A DNA stretch of 55,053 bases, from the NCBI GenBank assembly GCA_903846945.1, contig CAINCE010000042.1:1-55053 (forward strand), written 5' to 3'. How positions within the stretch are numbered: position 1 is the first letter of the stretch; each line of letters begins with the position of its first letter. This document shows positions 37,707 to 46,153 of this stretch, piece by piece. The notes beneath the pieces are model-generated. The model was given only the letters and a program-made list of their open reading frames with translations. It had not been told where the DNA came from and made no database searches. The DNA comes from an uncultured bacterium. Its GTDB lineage: Bacteria > Patescibacteriota > Minisyncoccia > Phycocordibacterales > PALSA-1337. The position numbers and the translations under genes were made by a program.

Positions 37707-38437
37707 TATTTTATAATACTTACAAATCTATCTTTCGTGATGATGACATGGTCGAGAACAGTGATGCCCAAGATCTTCCCGGCTTGGACCAACTGTTTCG
37801 ATATCTCGACGTCCTGGTCACTAGGAGTAACTTCGCCTGATGGATGGTTGTGTGCCAATACTACCGCGGCGGCGTTGCACTCGATACCAGCGCGAAATAC
37901 TTCTCTAGGATGGATGATATTCGAATTGACTGTACCTATGGATATGACCTCATCTCGGATAATCTTGCTGTGACTATTTAGAAACAGTCCGCGAAGGTGC
38001 TCCTTGGGCAGATTCCTCATATCCTGCAAATAGTTGTATACATCTTCGGCATTTCTGATGGTGGTAAAACCAGACTGATTCTTCTCACCATACCTCCTAG
38101 CTATCTCACCTACGGCCACGATGATGCAGGCCTTGCCTATAGGGATATCCAGGTCACTCGAGAGATGCTCGGGATCAGTCTCAGACAATATGGTCTTTTC
38201 CCCATACTCCTTCATGATCCTGTTGGACAGCTCGATAACGTCTTCCTTGACCGAACCAGTATTCAAGATAACCGCTATAAGCTCACGCATAGTGAGCGAC
38301 TGGGGTCCTTGAGACATGAGTTTTTGTCGAGGCTTTTCTTCACTCGGCAAATCATGGATCGTGATCAGATAATCACGACTACTGGAGCCGTCTAGAAACA
38401 GCGAGTTGTCCAATATTTTGTATGCACTTTTTTGCAT
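37706..38437 (-). CDS. radC: RadC-like JAB/MPN domain protein
   Basis: HNHPSGEVTPSDQD JAMM-type motif. Start set at MQKSAYKIL, because the longer ORF would overlap the pyk 3' end. Confidence 0.85.
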   Translation of the reverse strand: MQKSAYKILDNSLFLDGSSSRDYLITIHDLPSEEKPRQKLMSQGPQSLTMRELIAVILNTGSVKEDVIELSNRIMKEYGEKTILSETDPEHLSSDLDIPIGKACIIVAVGEIARRYGEKNQSGFTTIRNAEDVYNYLQDMRNLPKEHLRGLFLNSHSKIIRDEVISIGTVNSNIIHPREVFRAGIECNAAAVVLAHNHPSGEVTPSDQDVEISKQLVQAGKILGITVLDHVIITKDRFVSIIK

Positions 38438-38519
38438 GTAATAAGTATAGCGAGAAGTGAGGAAAAATGAAAGCGTGGCCTTCATTTGTTCCGAACGCCG
38501 AAGATATATGAGCGAAGCA

Positions 38520-39938
38520 TCACAACACCTCCACCAATATGAGGTTCGTCTCTCCTCCAGGCATACCAAATGGCATACCAGCCACGATGATGACCTTGTC
38601 ACCCTTCTTCGCTAACTTTCTTTCCATCGTAACCTTTCGTACTATGTCCATGATCTCATCATTTGACTTAAATGTCGGTGCCAACATCGGGAAGCAACCA
38701 AAGGTCAACATCATCTTATTCACATTCTCTGGGGCGTCAGAAAGGGCCAGGATGGCCTCAGCAGGCTTATATCGAGCTATCATCCTCGCTGTGCGTCCAG
38801 ACCGTGTGAGAGCCACTATGAGCTTGGCATTCACTGCATGAGCCATGCGGACCGCTGACTGTGAAACAACATCCGAAACACCGTGAGATTCCTCGTATTC
38901 GGCGATAGTATCTCGTGTATAGACCTCCTTTTCTATCCTGTTCGCTACTCTGGTCATGATCTCTACCGCCTCGATCGGAAACTTACCGAGAGTCGTCTCT
39001 TCGGAAAGCATGATAGCGTCTGTACCATCGATGATGGCGTTCGCTATATCAGAAACTTCGGCTCGAGTAGGAACAGGGCTCTCGAGCATCGACTCTAGCA
39101 TCTGCGTGGCTGTAATAACTGGCTTACCTATAGAATTACACTTGTGAATGATCATCTTTTGAACCAATGGCACTTCCTCGGCAGGAATCTCGATAGCCAG
39201 GTCGCCGCGAGCAACCATGATACCATCTGAAACACTGATGATGTCGTCTATATTACCTAGCGCCTCTGGAGTCTCTATCTTCGCAATGATACGAGCCGTT
39301 GATCCAGCTTCCTTGAGGAGTGCGCGCAGCTCTACGATGTCCTCTGCTCTGCGCACAAATGAGAGTGCCACATAGTCAACATGATTCTTGATACCAAATT
39401 CGAGATCTGCCTTGTCCTTATCTGTCAATGAACTTATCGAGAGGCTCGCCCCGGGGACATTTACCCCCCTATGATCACCGAGAGTGCCGCCGACTTTGAC
39501 CGTAGTGATGATGTCATTTCCTCTAACTTCGACTATTTCCAGCCGCTTCGTACCATCTTGGAGCATGATCGTACCACCAGCCTTAACCTCCTTTGGTAGA
39601 TTTGCATAATTGATGAAGACTCGTGTCTCATCTCCGACACAATCATCAGTCGTCAATGTAAATGTCTGATCTTTTTTCAACACTATTTTTCCGTCTTTGA
39701 ATTTACCTATGCGGATCTTTGGTCCAGAGAGGTCTTGGAGGATGGCTACTGTCTTTCCTGTATCTGCCATGATCTTTCTAGTCGCATCAACCACACCCTG
39801 ATGTGTCGCAAAGTCACCATGCGAAAAGTTGAGGCGCACGACATTCATACCCGCACTGATGAGCTTTTCCAGCATCTCAGCTGACTTTGTAACGGGTCCT
39901 ATAGTACAGACGATCTTTGTTTTTTTGCCGAGGGTCAT
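38520..39938 (-). CDS. pyk: Pyruvate kinase
   Basis: KIVCTIGP, RLNFSHG, MVARGDLAIEIP, ATQMLESM. Confidence 0.95.
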   Translation of the reverse strand: MTLGKKTKIVCTIGPVTKSAEMLEKLISAGMNVVRLNFSHGDFATHQGVVDATRKIMADTGKTVAILQDLSGPKIRIGKFKDGKIVLKKDQTFTLTTDDCVGDETRVFINYANLPKEVKAGGTIMLQDGTKRLEIVEVRGNDIITTVKVGGTLGDHRGVNVPGASLSISSLTDKDKADLEFGIKNHVDYVALSFVRRAEDIVELRALLKEAGSTARIIAKIETPEALGNIDDIISVSDGIMVARGDLAIEIPAEEVPLVQKMIIHKCNSIGKPVITATQMLESMLESPVPTRAEVSDIANAIIDGTDAIMLSEETTLGKFPIEAVEIMTRVANRIEKEVYTRDTIAEYEESHGVSDVVSQSAVRMAHAVNAKLIVALTRSGRTARMIARYKPAEAILALSDAPENVNKMMLTFGCFPMLAPTFKSNDEIMDIVRKVTMERKLAKKGDKVIIVAGMPFGMPGGETNLILVEVL

Positions 39939-39939
39939 A

Positions 39940-39973
39940 TTTTTAGTGGTTAGTTATTAGTGGTTAATGATCA
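39940..39973. repeat. Heptamer array (TAGTNNT)x4 directly upstream of the pyk start
   Basis: Sequence is TTTT TAGTGGT TAGTTAT TAGTGGT TAATGAT CAG. Confidence 0.75.
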
Positions 39974-40024
39974 GAATAATGGGTAAAATTTAAATATTAA
40001 AATAAAAAATGATTTGATTGCTAT

Positions 40025-40990
40025 TTATTGGTTATTCTTAATCAGCGGGTACAACTTCGGGTCTATAGTGCGTTCGAAACATACATGACCGGAATCGTGA
40101 GTCCAACTATTGTAACCGATTTCTGGAGTAGGTATAGGATAGCTCAATGGTACATCGGATTTCACTGAAGGAAGATCGAATGTTGCACACAGCCCAAAAG
40201 CATGCGGATCCTTGTTCAGAGAAATGTACTCATATGGTTTTCCCGTCTCTGGATCGGCTGGTATCTGGAAATTTGATATAGGATCATTCAATGCTTCCAA
40301 GCTTGGAGGTAACGCGCCGACACGCTGCCAATAATTGATGATCTGATACTGGATATTATTGAGGTCACTAATCCTCTGTTGGTCGAACCGTAGAGAACGT
40401 TGGGTACTCGGCGAACCAACGATGACAAATCCAGCCACTATTCCCGCGAGGACTAGTACGATACCAGAAATGACCAAAATCGCAAGCCATGTCTTCTTTG
40501 AATTTGAAGCGATCATTGAAGGTGCGTTAATACCGATATTCTTGGCTAAAATATAATAGGCAAATATAACCGCGGAGACGATGAGTACAACTACGACTTT
40601 CCAGATGAATCTGCTAGAGATCTCCCCATTTAGATAAGTATTGACGAGAACGATGATATCTACTGCTATAGTTACGCCGGTCAAGAACAATGTGAGATAG
40701 ATACGCCACTTCCTGATCCAGATATCTCTCTTTTCGGGCATTTTAATGAGGTCGCGGTTTATCAGTATTTCGAGCACATAGAGAATCGGTGTGATAACTA
40801 CCAGCATCGAGATAGGCCAGACTACGGAGCTAGAACTAAAATAGTTTGCCAATGTATCCGGCATCGACCTATTCAGTATCTCAAAAGCTAGGTTGATAAG
40901 TGCGATCGTCGTCGCATATAGTGCGATGGTCGCTCCTAAATGCAAGAAAAAGTCCTTTGGACTCATGCGGGTGTTTGTATTCATGACCAT
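40025..40990 (-). CDS. Multi-TM protein (DUF5671-like N-terminal half, pseudopilin-like C-terminal half)
   Basis: PKDFFLHLGATIALYATTIALINL plus 5-6 TM helices. C-terminal ISDLNNIQYQIINYW...LPPSL...DPETGKPYEY. Confidence 0.6.
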   Translation of the reverse strand: MVMNTNTRMSPKDFFLHLGATIALYATTIALINLAFEILNRSMPDTLANYFSSSSVVWPISMLVVITPILYVLEILINRDLIKMPEKRDIWIRKWRIYLTLFLTGVTIAVDIIVLVNTYLNGEISSRFIWKVVVVLIVSAVIFAYYILAKNIGINAPSMIASNSKKTWLAILVISGIVLVLAGIVAGFVIVGSPSTQRSLRFDQQRISDLNNIQYQIINYWQRVGALPPSLEALNDPISNFQIPADPETGKPYEYISLNKDPHAFGLCATFDLPSVKSDVPLSYPIPTPEIGYNSWTHDSGHVCFERTIDPKLYPLIKNNQ

Positions 40991-40996
40991 ATTGTA

Positions 40997-41563
40997 TCAC
41001 TTTTTTCGGCATTTATATATGAATGCCGGTGGAAAATTCCTCAACTCCAGTCCGATAATCTTTGCCTTGAATGATCTGCGTACATGCAACCAACTCGTCA
41101 AAAGATACTGAAACTGTATGTATGCCCCATCATCTCGCATACTTTCTGTAATGGCACGAAATAGCCTCTCTCGCCCGGCATGATCAAAATTGGCTATCGG
41201 CAATCCAGATATCACATAGTGAACTGGTGGAATATTCAAACTCTTTAGATGTAATGGTAATTTTGCCGCATCATCTTCTATGAGAAATACTCTTCCTCTT
41301 CGAATATTCGTTTGCAAATCCTGTCGAAGTCTTTTGGCCAAATTTCTATTATTCTCAAAAACAATTAACCTGCAATCTTCAGGAAATTTCGATAGAATTT
41401 GCTTCGTTATTATCCCCGTACCAGCACCGAGCTCCACGATCGTCATACCTGGCGAAACCTTTAGGGGCTCTAACATCCTCCGACTCAAAGCCGACGTGCT
41501 CGGTAGCAATGAGCCTTGTGTTTTCCAATTTTTTAGGGCTTCTTTGACAAAGGTGAGAGACAT
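40997..41563 (-). CDS. Class I SAM-dependent methyltransferase
   Basis: Motif I VELGAGTGIIT. Start set at MSLTFVKEAL. The 57-aa Arg-rich N-terminal extension of the tracked ORF runs through a repeat and is judged spurious. Confidence 0.75.
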   Translation of the reverse strand: MSLTFVKEALKNWKTQGSLLPSTSALSRRMLEPLKVSPGMTIVELGAGTGIITKQILSKFPEDCRLIVFENNRNLAKRLRQDLQTNIRRGRVFLIEDDAAKLPLHLKSLNIPPVHYVISGLPIANFDHAGRERLFRAITESMRDDGAYIQFQYLLTSWLHVRRSFKAKIIGLELRNFPPAFIYKCRKK

Positions 41564-41570
41564 TGTGGTA

Positions 41571-41611
41571 CACATTGCTAGGGGTATTCGGATTCGGTGC
41601 GCGCGCCAGGA
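41571..41611. repeat. 41-bp perfect direct repeat, copy 1 (contains a duplicate of the last 14 nt of tRNA-Ile)
   Basis: CACATTGCTAGGGGTATTCGGATTCGGTGCGCGCGCCAGGA is identical to 41730-41770. Confidence 0.95.
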
Positions 41612-41729
41612 GTTTCTCCCTCGGCTCTCACTCACTACCCGTTCGTTCGGCCTGGGCACCGCCTCGCCACCTCGCCTACTGGCTCGGTATGGCTCCGGCG
41701 TTCGAATCCTGATTCGCAATGTGCGCAGG

Positions 41730-41770
41730 CACATTGCTAGGGGTATTCGGATTCGGTGCGCGCGCCAGGA
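41730..41770. repeat. 41-bp perfect direct repeat, copy 2 (overlaps the genuine 3' end of tRNA-Ile)
   Basis: Identical to 41571-41611. The two copies bracket a 118-bp GC-rich segment. Confidence 0.95.
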
Positions 41771-41829
41771 TTCGAACCTGGGACCCCGCCAGTATCAGTG
41801 GCGTGCTCTACCAACTGAGCTACGCGCGC
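41757..41829 (-). tRNA. tRNA-Ile (anticodon GAU)
   Basis: Manual cloverleaf: GCGCGCG acceptor, D-arm GCTCAGTTGGTAGAGC, anticodon arm CGCCA-CTGATAC-TGGCG, T-arm CCAGG-TTCGAAT-CCTGG. No encoded CCA. Confidence 0.9.
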
Positions 41830-41938
41830 ATTTACGGAGAGAGATATTTTGCTCAGAGAATAGGGAGAGCTGATACCTCAAACCAGTGAATATAGACTAG
41901 CAAAATACGCGGAGAATTGCAAAAAGACTTCCTATTTG

Positions 41939-42020
41939 TGGGCACGGGGAGAGTCGAACTCCCATGGATTACTCCACACGCTCCTGAAGCGTGCGCGGCT
42001 ACCAGTTACGCCACGTGCCC
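41939..42020 (-). tRNA. tRNA-Leu (anticodon CAG), class II with long variable arm
   Basis: Manual cloverleaf: GGGCACG acceptor, anticodon arm CACGC-TTCAGGA-GCGTG, variable arm TGGA-GTAA-TCCA, T-arm GGGAG-TTCGACT-CTCCC. Confidence 0.9.
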
Positions 42021-42165
42021 ATTCCTTACAAGGCGAGGCCTTGTCGGTGTCGGTTAACTATAATTCAATATTTGAAATGCTGCAAAGATGTGTGGATCAA
42101 TATCGGGCATGAATTTAGCGCCGCTGGGAATTTCCCAAACGGCGCTTTAACAAAACATCTTTACC

Positions 42166-42468
42166 TCACTTATTGGAGGTGTCAACCGCATGGTCGACTT
42201 GGACAGACCCATAGGTCTGCCGCAGGAAGGCATCGTGCGGTTTAATGTAGTATTTGTTCCACATGGCCATGCCCTCGCTCAGAAGGACGATGGCGACAAG
42301 TGCAACCAACACCGACCGGAACAATAACCTCCGGTCGAGGTCATTCCTCAACCGCAGCTCCTCCAGCGGCTCACTGGGCAGACGTGGCCGACCACCGGCC
42401 AAGTCATTCATCTGCTCACACTTATTCTTCATAGTTTTTTTCTTTGCGGCTAATACAATTAGCCACAT
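42166..42468 (-). CDS. Hypothetical small single-TM protein in a GC-richer patch
   Basis: 100-aa ORF preceded by TTGACT-17-TATGAT. One TM helix (LLFRSVLVALVAIVLL). Confidence 0.4.
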   Translation of the reverse strand: MWLIVLAAKKKTMKNKCEQMNDLAGGRPRLPSEPLEELRLRNDLDRRLLFRSVLVALVAIVLLSEGMAMWNKYYIKPHDAFLRQTYGSVQVDHAVDTSNK

Positions 42469-42486
42469 TGTTTGTGCACTGTCAAT

Positions 42487-42515
42487 ATCATAGCACTATT
42501 CGACTAGAAAGTCAA
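42487..42515 (-). promoter_or_regulatory. Candidate sigma-70 promoter
   Basis: On the minus strand: TTGACT, 17-nt spacer, TATGAT. It ends 18 nt before the ATG at 42468. Confidence 0.45.
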
Positions 42516-42531
42516 GGGGGACAAATAGAAG

Positions 42532-42558
42532 AGACCGCAGTGGAATGCACTGCGGTCT
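42532..42558 (-). terminator. Intrinsic terminator (11-bp perfect stem)
   Basis: AGACCGCAGTG-GAATG-CACTGCGGTCT, followed on the minus strand by CTTCTATTT. Confidence 0.5.
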
Positions 42559-42575
42559 GATGAGAAGCGAAACAC

Positions 42576-42773
42576 TCAATCGTGGCTACTAGCCTCAGTG
42601 AATTGAGACTCTTGATCACATTCGCTGATGATCGCTAAAAAGTCGGCATTTGGAGTCGACTCGTATATGTAACATTCCCTCCCGTGCATCACATGGACTG
42701 TCCCCGAAACATCCTGTGATCCTTGCGCGCCGGTCTGTGTCTGACCCAGAAATATCTTTACATTTCCGTTCAT
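42576..42773 (-). CDS. Hypothetical 65-aa protein
   Basis: ORF sits between the rplE terminator and the 42532-42558 terminator. No family recognised. Confidence 0.35.
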   Translation of the reverse strand: MNGNVKIFLGQTQTGAQGSQDVSGTVHVMHGRECYIYESTPNADFLAIISECDQESQFTEASSHD

Positions 42774-42882
42774 AATATTTGGGTTTGTCGTTACTGTTGC
42801 ACTACGCTTGTACTACGCTATTACTTTCTGCACTGACGAAATCTGCTAAATGACGCCATCGCAGACCCAGACAACTATACCC

Positions 42883-42923
42883 AAAAAAACATCCTGCGTC
42901 AAAAAATAACTTTTGCGCAGATG
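42883..42923 (-). terminator. Intrinsic terminator ending the ribosomal-protein block after rplE
   Basis: On the minus strand: CATCTGCGCAAAAG-TTAT-TTTTTGACGCAGGATG (two bulges) followed by TTTTTTT. Confidence 0.55.
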
Positions 42924-42939
42924 TTAGTCCCAAAAATAT

Positions 42940-43518
42940 CTATTTCTTTCCTTCTACTATCTCTGCTTTCTTGAGAGGCAATCCCAAGTATTCTAGAAAA
43001 GCTAGAGTGGACTTTTGGTTATCCGAGGTTGTGACGATAGTTATAGCAAAACCAAAAACATCCTTAAGGTCTTCATCTGAAGTCTCGGCAAAGATGGTGT
43101 GCTCTTTGATACCCATAGTATAGTTCCCCATAGCATCGACAGATGTACGAGAGAGCCCACGGAAGTCTTTTGTACGAGGGAGTGAGATGTGGATGAGTCG
43201 ATCTAGAAACTCACACATGCGCTTGCCACGGAGAGTTACCTGATAACCGATAGGGTCACCAACACGAGTCTTGAATGTTGCAATAGCTTTCTTGGTAGCA
43301 CGCACAGCTGGCTTTTGACCAGTGATGCGGGCGAGTCTCTCAGACATGAGCTCAATCTTTTTCTTGTCTTTGACAGATCCGAAACCACTAGAGATAACCA
43401 CCTTGACGAGGCGAGGTGACTGCATCGGGTTCTTCAAATTCAATGGGACTTTCAGGGTCTTGAATGAATCTTTATTTAGTTCGTATGTTGATGTGTATGC
43501 CATAGATTTATTACTCAA
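42940..43518 (-). CDS. rplE: 50S ribosomal protein L5
   Basis: PRLVKVVISSGFG...RGKRMCEFLDRLI...LPRTKDFRGL. Confidence 0.95.
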   Translation of the reverse strand: MSNKSMAYTSTYELNKDSFKTLKVPLNLKNPMQSPRLVKVVISSGFGSVKDKKKIELMSERLARITGQKPAVRATKKAIATFKTRVGDPIGYQVTLRGKRMCEFLDRLIHISLPRTKDFRGLSRTSVDAMGNYTMGIKEHTIFAETSDEDLKDVFGFAITIVTTSDNQKSTLAFLEYLGLPLKKAEIVEGKK

Positions 43519-43521
43519 ATC

Positions 43522-43605
43522 GATTTACGATTTAAGATTTATGATTTAAGAATGGCGCGACTTCTAGGTGACTATTCTTAAATCCTAAATCCTAAATCTT
43601 AAATC
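43522..43605. repeat. Hairpin element: (GATTTAN)x4 arm, 20-nt GC-rich loop, (NTAAATC)x4 arm
   Basis: The 32-nt arms are complementary at 29/32 positions. The loop is GGCGCGACTTCTAGGTGACT. It fills the rplX-rplE spacer. Confidence 0.9.
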
Positions 43606-43607
43606 AT

Positions 43608-43826
43608 TTAACTGGTTTTCTTCGCCTTACTAGCATCGAATGGCATCGCAACTTCGACAGTCTGACCTTTCTGTCCTTCCTTTCGTGCTCTCTCATGCTT
43701 CTTTACGGTATTAATACCTTCGACTACGACTTTATTGATCGCAGGAAAAGCCTTGACAACCTTGCCGGTCTTGCCCTTATCGTCTCCTGAAAGCATCTTG
43801 ATTGTGTCTCCTTTTTTGATATGCAT
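43608..43826 (-). CDS. rplX: 50S ribosomal protein L24 (short form)
   Basis: KOW motif KKGDTIKMLSGDDKGKTGKV. Confidence 0.9.
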   Translation of the reverse strand: MHIKKGDTIKMLSGDDKGKTGKVVKAFPAINKVVVEGINTVKKHERARKEGQKGQTVEVAMPFDASKAKKTS

Positions 43827-43836
43827 TGTAGTTTAG

Positions 43837-43870
43837 TTGAAAGTCTGTAAAGTCTTAAAGTCCATAAAGC
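43837..43870. repeat. AAAGTC-family tandem array (single arm)
   Basis: Sequence is TTGAAAGTC TGTAAAGTC TTAAAGTC CATAAAGC. Confidence 0.8.
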
Positions 43871-43871
43871 A

Positions 43872-44243
43872 CTAGACAATCTCGGAGGCCTTTGAAGCTA
43901 TCGTCTTGAATCCTGCCTCAGCGACTTCACGAGGGATAGGACCAAAGATGCGACCAGCGATCGGCTCTTTCTTGTCCTTTTCGATGATAACTACTGCATT
44001 CTCATCAAATCGGATGTATGAACCATCCTTCCGACGAGTAGGCTTGACCTGACGAACGACGACAGCATGCAGGACATCTTTCTTCTTTACCGCCTTTCGA
44101 GGTTCCGCCTTCTGTACTGACAAGACTACGATTTCACCGATCTCCGCATATCGCTTGCGTGTCGCACCGAGCACCTTGAATATACGACCGACTTTTGCTC
44201 CGGAGTTATCAGCTATTTTTACAATTGTTCTTGGTTGAATCAT
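43872..44243 (-). CDS. rplN: 50S ribosomal protein L14
   Basis: MIQPRTIVKIADNSGAK... Confidence 0.95.
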   Translation of the reverse strand: MIQPRTIVKIADNSGAKVGRIFKVLGATRKRYAEIGEIVVLSVQKAEPRKAVKKKDVLHAVVVRQVKPTRRKDGSYIRFDENAVVIIEKDKKEPIAGRIFGPIPREVAEAGFKTIASKASEIV

Positions 44244-44255
44244 TGAAGTTAGATT

Positions 44256-44329
44256 GAATTATGAAATATGATATATGAATTATGATTTATGGATTTTTCG
44301 TATCTCATATTTCTTATCTCATATCTCAT
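44256..44329. repeat. ATGANNT-family heptamer arms forming an imperfect hairpin
   Basis: ATGAAAT ATGATAT ATGAATT ATGATTT ATGG / CGTATCT CATATTT CTTATCT CATATCT CAT. The right arm ends on the rpsQ stop codon. Confidence 0.7.
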
Positions 44330-44583
44330 GCGATCACTTTGAATGCCTTCATCTTCGATATCGGTCTGCAAGCCTCTACTGTTGCCTTGTCACCGATCTT
44401 CTTTGTATTACCTACATCATGTGCCATGATCCTCGTCCTCTTGGTCATGAACTTGTGGTACTTGGCATGCTTCACATATCTCTCGACGACGACGACTGAT
44501 GTGTCCTTCATCTTGTCAGATACAACAACACCGGAAAAAGTCTGGCGTTTTGGTTCTAGTTGAGTTGTTTGTGTTGTGGTCAT
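44326..44583 (-). CDS. rpsQ: 30S ribosomal protein S17
   Basis: FSGVVVSDKMKDTSVVVVERYVKHAKYHK. Confidence 0.93.
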   Translation of the reverse strand: MTTTQTTQLEPKRQTFSGVVVSDKMKDTSVVVVERYVKHAKYHKFMTKRTRIMAHDVGNTKKIGDKATVEACRPISKMKAFKVIA

Positions 44584-44629
44584 GTGATGGTTGATACTAC
44601 TTGAAATCTTCTGAAATGTCCAGTTTCTG

Positions 44630-44709
44630 GAGCTAAGAGCTTGGAGGTAAGAGATAAGATTTTGAATATATGAGTTTTGCGATTAATCTTATCTCTAAGC
44701 TCTTAACTC
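44630..44709. repeat. GAGNTAA-family heptamer arms forming a hairpin
   Basis: GAGCTAAGAGCTTGGAGGTAAGAGATAAGATT versus the reverse complement of AATCTTATCTCTAAGCTCTTAACTC. The right arm overlaps the last codons of rpmC. Confidence 0.8.
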
Positions 44710-44891
44710 TTGTGCTTCTGCATCTCCGTCATTATCCTCGCTATGTCCTTTCTAAGGTTCCGGCCTTCCTTTACGTTCTTGGCCTTGGCACCAGCAGAAC
44801 CGAATCGGAATGCTCGTAGAGCCTCCCTCTTCTCTGTGATGAGTCTCGTAAGGTCAGCGACTGGTTTATTTGTTATTTCTTTGAATTTCAT
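44703..44891 (-). CDS. rpmC: 50S ribosomal protein L29
   Basis: 62 aa. LRAFRFGSAGAKAKNV...LRKDIARIMT. Confidence 0.9.
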   Translation of the reverse strand: MKFKEITNKPVADLTRLITEKREALRAFRFGSAGAKAKNVKEGRNLRKDIARIMTEMQKHKS

Positions 44892-44900
44892 GGGATATTA

Positions 44901-44998
44901 GTCGAAAGTCTTAAAGTCTATAAAGTCATAAAGTCCAGCGCTTTCATTATTCATTTTTGCATCGTAATTTTTCATTTTGATGTTTACATTTTCAATTA
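44901..44998. repeat. Two juxtaposed arrays: AAAGTC family (44901-44936), then CATTTTN family (44941-44998)
   Basis: GTCGAAAGTC TTAAAGTC TATAAAGTC ATAAAGTCC, then TTCATTATTCATTTTTGCATCGTAATTTTTCATTTTGATGTTTACATTTTCAATTA. Confidence 0.8.
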
Positions 44999-45421
44999 TG
45001 TTCTACTGACCACCTTGGTCTTTACTGGTAGCTTCGTTCCTGCCTTGCGCAGTGCCTCTGCGGCGACGACAGCATCGACCCCGTCGATCTCGAACATGAT
45101 GCGACCAGGCTTCACCTCAGCTATAAAGCCGACTGGATCTCCTTTTCCTTTTCCCATTTTTACTTCGGCCGGCTTCTGTGTAAATGGATGATCTGGGAAA
45201 ATGCGGATCCAAACCTTGCCTGACTTCGTCGCATAACGAGCCATAACCTTTCGTGCCGCCTCAATCTGGTTTGAAGTGATGCGAGCATACTTCATGGCTT
45301 TCAGTCCATATGAACCAAAGGCAATCTTAACGCCACGAGTGTCTGCGTGTGACTGTTCTTTGTCCGGATGCGTACGCATCGTGAACCACTTGCGATGTTT
45401 TACTTTTTTGGGGAATAACAT
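44996..45421 (-). CDS. rplP: 50S ribosomal protein L16
   Basis: MLFPKKVKHRK...RMGKGKG-like KMGKGKGDPVGF. Confidence 0.95.
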   Translation of the reverse strand: MLFPKKVKHRKWFTMRTHPDKEQSHADTRGVKIAFGSYGLKAMKYARITSNQIEAARKVMARYATKSGKVWIRIFPDHPFTQKPAEVKMGKGKGDPVGFIAEVKPGRIMFEIDGVDAVVAAEALRKAGTKLPVKTKVVSRT

Positions 45422-45431
45422 GGTAGTAATT

Positions 45432-45462
45432 TAATGTAAAATGGAAAAGTTAAAATGGAAAA
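45432..45462. repeat. NAAAATG-family array, complementary to the CATTTTN array on the other side of rplP
   Basis: Sequence is TAATGTAAAATGGAAAAGTTAAAATGGAAAA. Confidence 0.8.
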
Positions 45463-46140
45463 TTATTTTGCCGTAACCTGATCCTTCTTGAATATCTCGC
45501 CCTTGTAGATCCAGACCTTGATACCGATATCGCCGTATGTCATATGCGCCTTCTCACGGGCAAAATCGATGTCGGCACGCAATGTCTGTAGAGGTATCTG
45601 GCCTTTCTTGAGCTCCTCTGTTCTAGCGATCTCAGCGCCACCTAGGCGGCCTCCTAGACGAACACGGATACCCTTTACATCTCTGTTAGCCATAACCTTC
45701 TCTATAGTCTGTTTCATAACACGGCGAAATGGTAGACGCTTCTCAAGTGACTCTGCGACCATCATCGCTGCTATAGCTGCATTGGATTCTGGGCTCCTGA
45801 CTTCCTCGATATCAACCTTTAACTCTTGACCTGCAACTTCGACTTTGTTCTTACGGAGTATCTTTAGGATCTTCTCGCGTAACTTCACAACACCGTCACC
45901 AGATTTGCCTATGAGCATACCTGGGCGAGAAGTTTTGATGATGACACGGAAAACTTTCTGACTGCGTTCGATATCCAAGCCACCGATATAATTTGCACGC
46001 AACTCCTTCTGTAGGAATTCACGGATGATAAGGTCACCTTTTAGGGCGATTCGGTAAGGCTTGTCCACCAAAAACCAGCGACTCTTCCAATCGCGAATGA
46101 TGCCTAGTCTGTGTGAATATGGATGTACGGTGTGGGACAT
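45463..46140 (-). CDS. rpsC: 30S ribosomal protein S3
   Basis: HPYSHRLGIIRDWKSRWF. KH and S3-C regions. Confidence 0.95.
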   Translation of the reverse strand: MSHTVHPYSHRLGIIRDWKSRWFLVDKPYRIALKGDLIIREFLQKELRANYIGGLDIERSQKVFRVIIKTSRPGMLIGKSGDGVVKLREKILKILRKNKVEVAGQELKVDIEEVRSPESNAAIAAMMVAESLEKRLPFRRVMKQTIEKVMANRDVKGIRVRLGGRLGGAEIARTEELKKGQIPLQTLRADIDFAREKAHMTYGDIGIKVWIYKGEIFKKDQVTAK

Positions 46141-46153
46141 GGTATTAGTTAAT

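Noticed and set aside
41280-41873. 197-aa plus-strand ORF, and the 57-aa N-terminal extension of the 40997..41734 ORF.
   Set aside because: Both run through the tRNA-Ile gene and/or the 41-bp direct repeats and the GC-rich segment. The methyltransferase homology begins at MSLTFVKEAL (41563).
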